A stretch of DNA of 64,000 nt from contig OY969811.1 in the NCBI GenBank assembly GCA_963703315.1, forward strand, positions 2,752,001 to 2,816,000, written 5' to 3'. The notes below the pieces were generated by a model. That model was not told where the DNA came from and did no database searches. It saw nothing but the letters and a program-made list of their open reading frames with translations. This stretch comes from an uncultured cyanobacterium (lineage in GTDB: Bacteria; Cyanobacteriota; Cyanobacteriia; Pseudanabaenales; Pseudanabaenaceae). Each line of letters starts with the position of its first letter. Position 1 is the first letter of the stretch. Positions 34,201 to 43,350 of the stretch are shown here, in pieces. A program made the translations under genes and the position numbers.

Positions 34201-34337
34201 TTATTGCCTTAACTGCCTTGGCGATGACAGGCGATCGCGAGAGATGTATAGATGCTGGTGCAAATGAATATTTAACTAAACCCATAAAACTCAATCAACT
34301 AACCACAACAATCAAACAAGTTTTAGCCTCAAAGTAA
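31278..34337 (+). CDS. membrane hybrid histidine kinase (TM-HAMP-PAS-CBCR-like GAF-HisKA-HATPase-REC)
   Basis: Two TM, HAMP (GSDELFQISVAFDRM), GAF with EHCF and [16 protein letters not shown]. Confidence 0.92.
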   Translation: MVSMKRLSGFPISLRISIPAILIFCGGLLGLTSFNQEINEAYQKTEINTKNYVQISAGQTSRILDYLYRRTNIEEAEITIISQLGSDPNLNLVMLIDDRDIVHLSNRYELRDEPITKTAGAPYVEKFGAVRKNLSGDVLISADRSKLIAMYPIILPVPRNELQSSKVGVLFFEYDLTRAKQIAFNDALKRSLFFSGSLAIFCIGIWVFFELTLTRRASRLVAASNSLAEGKLDKRAGLTGSDELFQISVAFDRMAGKIQENANTLLRQNAVLQAQLEASIDGISIVDENRNIVSYNQRICDLWHIPTNIIETGDDRQFMQWVLSNLVDPEIFCAKIEHLYENPDSSSVDEVLLKDGHIFDCYSTSVKSLSGDFYYGRIWYFRNITDRRKAEKLIQQQAERERLLREITQRIRQSLDLVTIFNTATEEIRQFLNADRVGVLKFDPKTNNTQGEFVSESLVAGINSIVAISIDEHCFGEKHTVYYQNGQIQALDDIYQANIKSCYRDLLEGFQIRANLVVPLLNSESLWGLLCIHQCHEPRTWQQSEIEFVQQIANQLAIAIQQANLFEQIQKELTERQQAELRLTESNQQLAISNEELARATRLKDEFLANMVTSNQKLAISNEELARATRLKDEFLANMSHELRTPLNAILGMSEAMQEQVFGTINEEQKESLETIASSGTHLLELINDILDVAKIESGQVEMICSHTSIQELCQSSLPFIKQQALRKRIHLELKIAPNLPELFVDERRIRQALINLLNNAIKFTPERGRVSLAVSLQQNPATGKSSEMTSEIRFAITDTGIGISPENLQKLFQPFVQIDGALNRQNTGTGLGLALVKSIVEMHNGTVNVTSEVGVGSCFTIALPCENIAISSPISVNSPASSLEPASNNGIAEGLPTLLLAEDNEANKLTISRYLKAKGYQLLFAKDGQEAIDIARSLQPDLILMDIQMPNIDGLEAIKIIRRDKVPKLANIPIIALTALAMTGDRERCIDAGANEYLTKPIKLNQLTTTIKQVLASK

Positions 34338-34342
34338 TAATC

Positions 34343-36160
34343 ATGAATAACCAATCCATTCTTATCGTTGATGATGAGCCGCGTAACTTTGATGTTATAG
34401 AAGCACTCCTGAATGAGTATGACTATGAATTAAATTATGCATCTAGTGGACAGGAGGCGCTCGAATCCCTAGAAATATTAGACATAGATTTGATTTTACT
34501 GGATGTAATGATGCCAGACATGGATGGAATTGAAGTTTGCGAACGCATCAAAGCGATCGCTAAATATAGACCGATCCCCATCATCATGGTCACATCCCTG
34601 ACCGCCAAAGAAGATCTTGCTCAGTGCTTAAATGCGGGTGCGACTGACTTTATTAGCAAGCCTGTTAACCCTCTGGAATTGAGGGCTAGGGTGCAATCAA
34701 TGTTGAGAATGAAACATCAATACAATGCTTTGCAAATATCCCTCGATCGCCAGTCCGTGTTAGAGGCAGAAAAGAGAGAGTTACTAGAAGATCGCAATGT
34801 GGAACTAGAGCGGCAAGTGTCAGAGCGGACTGCTGCCCTCAAAGCGGCTTCAGAAGTGATTACTCACAATGCCTTCCACGATGCTCTCACAGATTTACCA
34901 AATCGACGGCTGTTGTTACAACGGATTGAGTTAGCAATTCAGCGATCGCATCAATTAGATTCCTATGGTTACGCAATTTTGTTTCTAGATTTAGATCAAT
35001 TTAAGGTCGTTAATGATAGTTTGGGGCATATCGTTGGCGATCAATTGCTAATTAGCATCTCTCAGAAGTTAAAAGCTCATTTAGAGAATGTTTATTTCGT
35101 AGCTCGATTTGGCGGTGACGAGTTTGTAATTTTATTGGAGTATATTGCCAATATTGATGAAGTAATTAAGATTACAGAACAGATTTTGCATGATTTTCAA
35201 CTGCCATTAATTTGGAATGGTGGTGAAATATTTATTAATGTCAGTATTGGCATCGTCTTAGGAAACACAGATTATCATCAAGCCGCCGATCTGCTCCGTA
35301 ATGCCGATCTTGCCATGTACAAAGCCAAAGCACAGGGACGAAACACCTACAAGATTTTTGATGTCCAAATGCATAATCAGGCGATTAAACGACTGATCCT
35401 CGAAACCGATCTGCGTAATGCGATCGATCGCCAAGAGTTTATGGTCTATTATCAGCCAGTTATCAACATCCTTGATGGCGATCGCTTAATTGGTTTTGAA
35501 GCTCTAGTCCGTTGGCGACACCCGACTCAAGGTATGGTTTCTCCGATGGATTTTGTGGCGATCGCCGAAGAAACAGGATTAATTGTCGCTCTTGATAGTT
35601 GGGTATTTCATGAAGCTTGTAAGCAACTCGTCAAATGGAAAGTAAAATTTGCGAGTTGTCCCACTCTCAAAATGAGTATTAATCTATCGGCTCAAGATAT
35701 TCGTAACCCCAACTTACTGAAAGACATTGATCGCGTATTGGCGGAAACTGGGCTAGATGGTAAATCGATCACTTTAGAAATTACTGAGAGTATGTTAATT
35801 GCAGATATTAACCAAACAATCGATCTACTCACTCAAATTAAAGCCAGAAATATCCAAGTTAGTATTGATGACTTTGGCACTGGCTATTCATCGCTAAATT
35901 ATATCCATCGTTTACCTGCGGATTACTTGAAAATTGATCGCTCCTTTGTCAATCAAATCCAAGAAGCAAGCCGTAATTACCAAATCGTGCGTACGATCAT
36001 CGCTTTGAGTAATCAACTAGAATTAGCCGTTATTGCTGAAGGTATCGAAACATCGGAGCAACTTCAAATCCTGCGGGACTTAGAATGTGAATTCGGGCAA
36101 GGTTATTTATTTTCTAAGCCCTTATCTGTTGAAGAAATCGAAGCAAAATTTATTCTCTAG
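34343..36160 (+). CDS. REC-GGDEF-EAL protein
   Basis: DVMMP, RFGGDEF, GFEALVRW, DDFGTGYSSL. Confidence 0.93.
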   Translation: MNNQSILIVDDEPRNFDVIEALLNEYDYELNYASSGQEALESLEILDIDLILLDVMMPDMDGIEVCERIKAIAKYRPIPIIMVTSLTAKEDLAQCLNAGATDFISKPVNPLELRARVQSMLRMKHQYNALQISLDRQSVLEAEKRELLEDRNVELERQVSERTAALKAASEVITHNAFHDALTDLPNRRLLLQRIELAIQRSHQLDSYGYAILFLDLDQFKVVNDSLGHIVGDQLLISISQKLKAHLENVYFVARFGGDEFVILLEYIANIDEVIKITEQILHDFQLPLIWNGGEIFINVSIGIVLGNTDYHQAADLLRNADLAMYKAKAQGRNTYKIFDVQMHNQAIKRLILETDLRNAIDRQEFMVYYQPVINILDGDRLIGFEALVRWRHPTQGMVSPMDFVAIAEETGLIVALDSWVFHEACKQLVKWKVKFASCPTLKMSINLSAQDIRNPNLLKDIDRVLAETGLDGKSITLEITESMLIADINQTIDLLTQIKARNIQVSIDDFGTGYSSLNYIHRLPADYLKIDRSFVNQIQEASRNYQIVRTIIALSNQLELAVIAEGIETSEQLQILRDLECEFGQGYLFSKPLSVEEIEAKFIL

Positions 36161-36163
36161 AAA

Positions 36164-36625
36164 TTATTCTCTAGAAGCGCGATCGGGCAATTCCACAATT
36201 TCAAACCAGTAAGTCCCAATCATTTTCATGATTTGCACCATCGAATCAAAGACGACAGGCTTAGCAATAAATGAACTTACACCGAGATCGTAGGTACGGA
36301 GAATATCCTCTTCGGCTTTAGAAGTCGTAAGTACGACAATGGGAATTTTGCGAAGATTGGGATCTTCCTTAATTTCTTTGAGGGCTTCGCGTCCGTCTTT
36401 GCGGGGCATATTTAAGTCGAGCAAGATCAAGCTAGGGCGCGGCGCACTTTTAGGGTCGCTATAGTTGCCACGTTGTAAGAGATAATCCATCAACTCTTCG
36501 CCATCTTCAACAAAATGTAGATCGTTAGCAAGGCGATTTTCTTCTAGAGCCTCTTGCATCAATAGGCGATCGTCTTCATCATCTTCCGCCACTAAAATCG
36601 TAATACTTTTTCCTTTAATGGGCAT
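36164..36625 (-). CDS. single-domain response regulator (Rcp1-like)
   Basis: LVAEDD, LDLNMP, LTTS, FIAKP; start taken at MPIKGK behind AAGGAG (alternative 36634). Confidence 0.9.
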   Translation of the reverse strand: MPIKGKSITILVAEDDEDDRLLMQEALEENRLANDLHFVEDGEELMDYLLQRGNYSDPKSAPRPSLILLDLNMPRKDGREALKEIKEDPNLRKIPIVVLTTSKAEEDILRTYDLGVSSFIAKPVVFDSMVQIMKMIGTYWFEIVELPDRASRE

Positions 36626-39425
36626 CGTGAGCATCTCCTTGGGCTTGATGAATGGGCATGGTGAAAATAAAAGTCGCGCCTTGATTTGGTTCGCTTTCAG
36701 CAACTAACGATCCGCCATGACGTTCTGCTATTTTACGACAGATTGCTAGACCAATACCTGTACCTTCGTAGGTTCCGCGTCCGTGCAGACGTTGGAAGAT
36801 CTGGAAAATGCGATCGGTATATTTCTGCTCAAAGCCAATACCATTATCGATGACACGGATTTCACAACATTCTTCGCCGAGTTTAGTAAACATCCGCGAT
36901 CGCACCTGTACTAATGGCGCAACCCCTTCTTGGCGAAACTTGAGCGCATTACCGATTAAATTTTGTAAAATTTGCCGCATTTGCATCGCATCCGCATCAA
37001 TCACTGGTAGGCGATCGCGTTCCACCGTAGCCCTAGTTTGCTCGATCCGAATCTCTAAATCCGAGAGAACACCATCTAAAATTTCCGATAAATCAACTGG
37101 TGCAAAGGGCTTGGCTTGGGTAGTGACACGGGAAAAAGATAGTAGATCGTTGATTAAGACCTGAGCGCGTCCCGCCGCATTTAGCATTCTTTCGAGATAG
37201 TCCTGCCCTTTTTCGTTCAATCCATCGTTGCAAGTTGATTTGAGGCGATCGCCAAAAGCCTGAATTTTTCGCAACGGCTCCTGCAAATCATGGGAAGCAA
37301 CATAGGCAAAATCTAGTAATTCGCGATTGCTAACCTCTAATCTTTCCGTTAAAATATTCAACTTTTGGACGGCAATACGCCTCTCTTCAATCTCCAATTT
37401 AAGATTGCGTTCCATCTCTTTACGGGTTGTGATTTCGTTCTCGATCGCAATGTAATGTTGGAGATTACCATCATCATCAAACACAGGATTGATCTGTAAC
37501 AATAACCAATAGGATCTACCATCCTTGCGATAATTCAAAATTTCACCGCTAAAGGGTTCTTGTCTTGCTAAGGCATAGCGAATTTCGGCAACGGTTTCTT
37601 TAGAAGTTTTCGCACCCTGCAAAACGTCCCCTGGTTTCTTACCAATTACTTCCGCTAATGTGTACCCCGTGATGCGATAGAAACTGTCATTCACCCATTC
37701 AATCCGTCCCTGTGGGTCAGAAATAATCACCACATTATCGGTTTTGCTAGCAATCAATGACAGTTTTTGCAACTCAGTCTCGGCGGCTTTGCGATCGGTG
37801 ATATCCTTCCGAATTGCAAGGTATTGATAGGGTTTGCCATCTTCATTTACAAATGGCACGATCGTCGTATCGACCCAATAGAAAGAACCATCCTTAGCCA
37901 GATTTTTAATCTGCGCTCGCCATGTTTGTCCGCTAGCGATCGCCTTCCACATCTCCGTAAAAAACTGACGCGGATGATATCCAGAATTGAGAATCCGATG
38001 ATTTTGTCCGATCAACTCTTCTCGGCTATATTTAGAAATTTCGCAGAATTTATCATTCGCAAAGATAATCGTGCCTTGAATATCCGTAATCGCCACAATC
38101 GCCGTTTTGTTTAACGCATCAGTAATATCGAAAGATTGTTTTTCGGCTAGCCTTTGAGCGCTGATGTCTTTGGCAATCCCCATAAATCCTTTAAGCTCAT
38201 CGTTCTCGGTGCGAATGGCGGTAATCGTTAACAGCACTGGAAATTGAGAGCCATCCTTACGGATATAAGTCCATTCCTCTTCATCTACCTGTCCTAACTT
38301 GGCTTTGGCAACAAACACTTCAAAACTAGGTTCAATCGGTTGTTGGAGTTCCTGCGATAATATTTGGGCGCGAGTGACGATTTCTTCATCCACATGAAAG
38401 ATTGCAGGGCTAGTTTTTCCCACCACCTCCGAAGATTTGTACCCCAACATCGATTCGGCTGCCGCATTAAAAGATTGGATTGTCCCCTCTAAGTCAGTGG
38501 AAATAATCGAAAAATTAGCATTGTCGAGAATTGCCTTTTGCAACATCGAAAGATTATTCAACTGCTCTTGAGATGCTTTAAGGGCGGTAATATCACGCAC
38601 AATTTTAGACGCACCCAAGACTTCTCCAGTTTTGCTCACCAAAGGAGAAATGGTCACAGAGACTTCGCGGCGACTACCATCTTTATGTAATCTAACTGTT
38701 TCAAAATGTTCTACTTTTTCTTGATGCTTGAGCCTCTCGACAATTAAGTTCTCTTCTGTTAAGTGATCGGGCGGAATCAGTGTGGAAATTGATTTTCCCA
38801 CTATTTCATTAGCGGAATAGCCAAATAACTGAGTTGCGGCAGGGTTCCAACTGGTGATGATGCCATCTAAATTTTTAGTGATAATCGCGTCATTAGAGGA
38901 CTCAACGACGGAGTTTAATAGGCGCGATAATTGCTCATTTCTTCTTAGCTCTAGCTGACTAATGACTAGACGACTGATGGATTCTAATTGGTTAATTTGC
39001 TGCGGTGTCAGATTCCTAGGCTGGCGATCGATTACACACAAAGATCCTAAAGTATACTGATCGGGGGTTATTAAAGGAACTCCAGCATAAAAACGAATAC
39101 TTGGAGCATCGATCACTAATGGATTATCAGCAAAACGCCAATCTTTAGTCATATCGGGAACATTCAAGATCGCATCGTCAAAAACAACATGAGCGCATAA
39201 GGAAACTTCGCGAGGTGTTTCCGTTGCGTCAAGTCCGACATTGGATTTAAACCATTGCCGATCGCGATCAACGAAAGAGATTAAGGCGATCGGCGTTCCA
39301 CAAATATCCGCAGCCAGTTGGGTCAGGTCGTCATACACTTGTTCTGGCAAGGTATCGAGAATCTGATAGCGATCTAATGCGGCTTGGCGATCGCTTTCAT
39401 TGGTGGGGATTTTAGGTTTCTGCAT
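36615..39425 (-). CDS. GAF-4xPAS sensor histidine kinase
   Basis: N-terminal GAF (DRQWFKS, IRFYAG), four PAS, FAYVASHDLQEPLRKI, GTGIGLA. Confidence 0.93.
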   Translation of the reverse strand: MQKPKIPTNESDRQAALDRYQILDTLPEQVYDDLTQLAADICGTPIALISFVDRDRQWFKSNVGLDATETPREVSLCAHVVFDDAILNVPDMTKDWRFADNPLVIDAPSIRFYAGVPLITPDQYTLGSLCVIDRQPRNLTPQQINQLESISRLVISQLELRRNEQLSRLLNSVVESSNDAIITKNLDGIITSWNPAATQLFGYSANEIVGKSISTLIPPDHLTEENLIVERLKHQEKVEHFETVRLHKDGSRREVSVTISPLVSKTGEVLGASKIVRDITALKASQEQLNNLSMLQKAILDNANFSIISTDLEGTIQSFNAAAESMLGYKSSEVVGKTSPAIFHVDEEIVTRAQILSQELQQPIEPSFEVFVAKAKLGQVDEEEWTYIRKDGSQFPVLLTITAIRTENDELKGFMGIAKDISAQRLAEKQSFDITDALNKTAIVAITDIQGTIIFANDKFCEISKYSREELIGQNHRILNSGYHPRQFFTEMWKAIASGQTWRAQIKNLAKDGSFYWVDTTIVPFVNEDGKPYQYLAIRKDITDRKAAETELQKLSLIASKTDNVVIISDPQGRIEWVNDSFYRITGYTLAEVIGKKPGDVLQGAKTSKETVAEIRYALARQEPFSGEILNYRKDGRSYWLLLQINPVFDDDGNLQHYIAIENEITTRKEMERNLKLEIEERRIAVQKLNILTERLEVSNRELLDFAYVASHDLQEPLRKIQAFGDRLKSTCNDGLNEKGQDYLERMLNAAGRAQVLINDLLSFSRVTTQAKPFAPVDLSEILDGVLSDLEIRIEQTRATVERDRLPVIDADAMQMRQILQNLIGNALKFRQEGVAPLVQVRSRMFTKLGEECCEIRVIDNGIGFEQKYTDRIFQIFQRLHGRGTYEGTGIGLAICRKIAERHGGSLVAESEPNQGATFIFTMPIHQAQGDAHDAH

Positions 39426-39602
39426 TAGTTTTAGGCGATCGCCACATCATTACTATTCTTCCCAGTCGAAGAAAAAATGTGCTTTTAGATTTTTGATGTC
39501 TACTCTAAGTTCATCAAAATATAAGCTTCTGCTCAATTATACCTTTTAGTAGTCTAAGCTAAGATTTGGATCTGGCTCACTTAGTTGAAAATATAAGCAG
39601 TC

Positions 39603-40052
39603 ATGGCAAAAACAACATGGGATAATTTGGTGTTTGAGTCGCCATATCTAGCAGTGGTGACAGCAAAGTAATTGTTGTAAGAAGGACAAATGACTGAAGC
39701 CTACAGCCTTTTGGAGAGTTTAGAAGAGTCAATGGGGCGATCGAAAAGAAGGGGTGTGAGTAGTCAGCTAACTCGATTGATGTTGGATATCATCAAGTGG
39801 AAATGCCAACCTGAGAAACGTAGTGCGAGTTGGGTGATTTCAATTCGTTCGGCGCGGCGTGAGATTGCGGAAAGTCAAGAGGAGATGCCAAGTCTGAATC
39901 GAGATTTTTTAAATTCGATTTGGGATAAGTGCTTTGCGGCGGCGAAACAGGATGCGAGGGATGAGATGGGTAAAAAAGCCGAAATTACGGTGCTAAGTTG
40001 GGATGAGGTTTTTGAGCAAAAATATACAATTTGGGAAGATGATGATTTATGA
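39603..40052 (+). pseudogene. DUF29-family gene with two in-frame TAA stops in its N-terminal part
   Basis: ATG 39603 is in frame with ORF 39690; TAA at 39669 and 39678; C-terminal IIKWKCQPEKRSASW..SIRSARREI is DUF29-like. Confidence 0.7.
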
Positions 40053-40167
40053 TATTTATTAGATTTTAAATTGAAATTAGCTTTTTAGGAGATTTTTTCT
40101 CGCAAAAGTCTTTTTTGCTGACTGATTAAGCTAGAATCAAACAATAAATCTATATGAATTAAAAATC

Positions 40168-41583
40168 ATGTTAATTCAATTCACTATACAAAACTTTTTG
40201 TCCTTCAGAGATGAAGTAACTTTTAGTATGGTGGCAGTGAATAGCGACAGTCAACATATCGATCATCTCGCACAGAATGAAGCAGGAGAAGGTCGAGCCG
40301 TGTTGCCAGTTGCCGCAATTTATGGAGCTAATGCAGCAGGGAAATCAAATCTCATAAAGGCTATAAGTTTTGTGAAAAACTTAGTTGTAAAGGGGACTCG
40401 AAGTGGTCAAACTATTCCTGTTTCTACATTTAAATTGGGTAATTATAGTAGCCAACCCAGTAAGTTTGAACTTATTTTTACCTATGAAGGGAACCAGTAC
40501 TCTTACGGGTTTAAACTAGATAAAGAACAGATTTTTGAGGAATGGCTCTATGGAATTCCTAAAAACAAAAAGAAAGAAGTGATGTATTTTGAAAGAATTA
40601 CTTCAACCAAGAAAGAAAGCACTATTGAATATGGTGCAATACTCAAAGGGAGAAGTGAAAAACATCAATTACGCCTAGCATTTATTGCTGAGGGAACTCG
40701 CCACAATCAGCTTTTTCTGACGGAAGCAGTTGAGCGAAATATCCAAGTACTTGTACCGATTGCAACTTGGTTTAGAAATGTATTAACTATAATTTCAGCA
40801 GAAGCAAATTATATAGGATTAGAGACTCGTCTGCATAGTGACGAAGCTTTTACCGACTTCTTAAGTAAGTTTCTTCAGTTTGCAGGCACAGGGATTGATT
40901 CAATAGCAACAGAAAAGGTTGAACTAAATTTTGATCGACACTTTCCGTCTATGCCTAAATCTATGAGAGAAGAAATTCAAGAAAAATTTGAAGAATTAGA
41001 TAAGAATTCATCAGGAATTATTGAAACCAATCAAGGTGGGCGACTGATTGTGTCTAAAACTCCAGAAAATCTAGTAAGTGTAACTGAACTAAGAACTAGA
41101 CATCTTGATGAAAATGGCAATCTTGTAGACTTTTCTTTAGAAGAAGAGTCAGAGGGAACTCAACGTTTGATTAATCTTCTACCAGCTCTTTTTCTCTTAA
41201 AACAAGACTTGGAAAAAGTTGTTTTCTTGGATGAACTAGATAGACGTTTGCATCCTCAACTTTCTAGACGCTTTGTAGAAGCAGAAATAGGCTGTAGGAA
41301 TAAAAGTAATCAGCTTATTTTTACAACCCATGATACCAATTTGCTTGATTTGGATTTATTACGCCGTGATGAAATTTGGTTTATTGAAAAAAATCAACAA
41401 GGTTCATCTAGCTGTTACTCTTTAGCAGAGTTTAAAATCAGACCCGATCTTAAAATTGAGAAGGGATACCTAAATGGTCGTTTTGGAGCTTTACCATTTT
41501 TTGGAGATATCCAAAATCTAGGATGGCTTAGCTGCGAATCCAATTTATCTAGCGAAATTAGCGGAAAGCCATCAGATGAGTAA
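40168..41583 (+). CDS. AAA_21/ABC-like ATPase (RloA/AbiLi-like)
   Basis: IQNFLSF, YGANAAGKSN, ESEGTQRL, FLDELD..LHP, QLIFTTH, RRDEIWF, YLNGRFGA. Confidence 0.9.
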   Translation: MLIQFTIQNFLSFRDEVTFSMVAVNSDSQHIDHLAQNEAGEGRAVLPVAAIYGANAAGKSNLIKAISFVKNLVVKGTRSGQTIPVSTFKLGNYSSQPSKFELIFTYEGNQYSYGFKLDKEQIFEEWLYGIPKNKKKEVMYFERITSTKKESTIEYGAILKGRSEKHQLRLAFIAEGTRHNQLFLTEAVERNIQVLVPIATWFRNVLTIISAEANYIGLETRLHSDEAFTDFLSKFLQFAGTGIDSIATEKVELNFDRHFPSMPKSMREEIQEKFEELDKNSSGIIETNQGGRLIVSKTPENLVSVTELRTRHLDENGNLVDFSLEEESEGTQRLINLLPALFLLKQDLEKVVFLDELDRRLHPQLSRRFVEAEIGCRNKSNQLIFTTHDTNLLDLDLLRRDEIWFIEKNQQGSSSCYSLAEFKIRPDLKIEKGYLNGRFGALPFFGDIQNLGWLSCESNLSSEISGKPSDE

Positions 41584-42175
41584 GATTAACCGAACTAGGC
41601 TATTAGATCGCCCGCATGATTTTAGAAGCTCTAAATTATTTGTAATCGCAACCGAGGGAGAAAAAACGGAAGAGCAATATTTTCGATTATTTCATAGTAG
41701 TCAAATTAGGATAAGAATCTTACCTACTGGAGAAGATGGCAGATCATCACCACAACATGTGATCGAGAGATTGAATGCTTTCAAGCAGGAAGATGGGATA
41801 GACGAAAATGATATGCTCTGGCTTGTTGTTGATGTAGATCGTTGGCATAGATTAAAATCAGTTTGTGCTGAAGCCAAGGAGAAAGGTTATTATCTAGCTG
41901 TCAGCAACCGATGTTTTGAAGTTTGGCTGTGTCTACACTTTCAAGATTTATTGCCTGAAGATAAAACTTGTGATGACTTCAAGAAGAGATTGAGAACTAT
42001 TTTAGGTAGTTACAACAGTAGCAATTTAGATCTATCTAAGTACAAGCCTTATATTCAAGATGCTATTAGTCGAGCAAAAAAGCTAGATATAAACCCGAAT
42101 GAAGACTTTCCATCAACATTAGGAACTCATGTCTACAAGTTAGTTGAGAGTATTCAGGAGAGTTTAAGAAATTAG
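41576..42175 (+). CDS. RloB-family protein (TOPRIM-like)
   Basis: IATEGEKTEEQYF, WLVVDVD, SNRCFEVWLCLHF; overlaps the ATPase stop. Confidence 0.88.
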   Translation: MSKINRTRLLDRPHDFRSSKLFVIATEGEKTEEQYFRLFHSSQIRIRILPTGEDGRSSPQHVIERLNAFKQEDGIDENDMLWLVVDVDRWHRLKSVCAEAKEKGYYLAVSNRCFEVWLCLHFQDLLPEDKTCDDFKKRLRTILGSYNSSNLDLSKYKPYIQDAISRAKKLDINPNEDFPSTLGTHVYKLVESIQESLRN

Positions 42176-42189
42176 ATATTTTTTACATA

Positions 42190-42315
42190 ATCGCCAGAGC
42201 AAAAGATCTTGATAACTTAGCTAAACAAAACAAATTGCCTGAATATGCAAACCCTTGCTGTAGTGGGATATTGCAATTAGTCGAGATGATGTTGAAATTG
42301 GGCGATCGCTCTTAG
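42190..42315 (+). pseudogene. probable 3' fragment of a second rloB allele
   Basis: IARAKDLDNLAKQNKLPEYANPCCSGILQLVEMMLKLGDRS* parallels the RloB C-terminus ISRAKKLD...THVYKLVE. Confidence 0.55.
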
Positions 42316-42337
42316 CTCCATCAAAATTATCAGGTAT

Positions 42338-43330
42338 CTAGATAATCACCGTCTGATTAGTGGTAGCAGACTTTTCCGCAGCATTGGCAACAGCTAAGGA
42401 ATGTAAAATACTTTCATAATTAGTATAGAGTGGCGTTCCATTGAGTAGGTGAGACAGAACATTTTCTGTATCTTTTTTAAATAAACCTCGCGTTGTTCCT
42501 GCATCAAGTTCCATTTCTCCAGATTCGGTGATCAACTTACCCTTATCACCAGAAAAAATTAACGCGCCATCACTTCCTTGTAACTCCATGATGCGCTCTG
42601 GCTGCCAAAAGCTCTCACCTTTGCTATAGCTGATATCGGCAAGTACTCCATTCTCAAACTGAAGCTGAGCATTACAGACACAGGAAGTAAAATGATGGGG
42701 TAGATTATCGCCACGATAGCGTAATTGACAAGAGACAGATTTCACCTTGCCAAAAAGAACAATAATGCGATTGAGGCGAGATACCGCAGCAGTTAGAGGG
42801 AAGCCAAATAGGTCTGGTTTGTATGTCCATTTATCAGGGACAGGACGCTGTGGACTTTTGGTGGAATATCTGGCATAGAAAGGCGATCCGATTTTCGATA
42901 GATGTTCGATTACTAACTGATGCACACCACCCAATAGTTCAATATGTTCAACGTGAAGGAGTAAGTTATTCTGTTTGGCAAGATTAACCAATTCTTCCGC
43001 TTCTGCCAAGTTAAAGGACAGAGGATATTCAACAATTACGTGCTTACCCGATCGCAGTGCTTGCCCGACCACAGCCGCATGATCGCGGTTGACATTGCAT
43101 ATCACTACCAAGTCAATATCATTACGCACCACTAGTTCTGACCAGTATTGATGCAGGTTAGGAATGGCAAACTCTTGGGAGATCGCCTGTGCCTTTGCAA
43201 AATTACCTGCGATCGCCATCACCTTAGTTCGGGAATCTTGGCTAAATATCTCTGCCCGTAGCTTGGCAACAAAACCCGAACCAACGATACCAACCCGCAA
43301 AGGTTGATCTAATGAAGCATAACTGGTCAT
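42338..43330 (-). CDS. bvdR: biliverdin reductase (Gfo/Idh/MocA family)
   Basis: VGIVGSG, KHVIVEYP, HVEHIELLGGVH as recalled for cyanobacterial BvdR. Confidence 0.82.
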   Translation of the reverse strand: MTSYASLDQPLRVGIVGSGFVAKLRAEIFSQDSRTKVMAIAGNFAKAQAISQEFAIPNLHQYWSELVVRNDIDLVVICNVNRDHAAVVGQALRSGKHVIVEYPLSFNLAEAEELVNLAKQNNLLLHVEHIELLGGVHQLVIEHLSKIGSPFYARYSTKSPQRPVPDKWTYKPDLFGFPLTAAVSRLNRIIVLFGKVKSVSCQLRYRGDNLPHHFTSCVCNAQLQFENGVLADISYSKGESFWQPERIMELQGSDGALIFSGDKGKLITESGEMELDAGTTRGLFKKDTENVLSHLLNGTPLYTNYESILHSLAVANAAEKSATTNQTVII

Positions 43331-43350
43331 GATTGGGAAAGTCTCTTAAT

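Noticed and set aside
36145..36176. TTATTCTCTAGAA duplicated at the junction of two convergent genes
   Set aside because: 13-bp match covering the two gene ends; could be a small duplication scar but too short to interpret
42338..43330. Functional link between bvdR and the CBCR-like kinases
   Set aside because: bvdR lies in a thrB-linked housekeeping run separated by the rloAB block; proximity alone is not evidence
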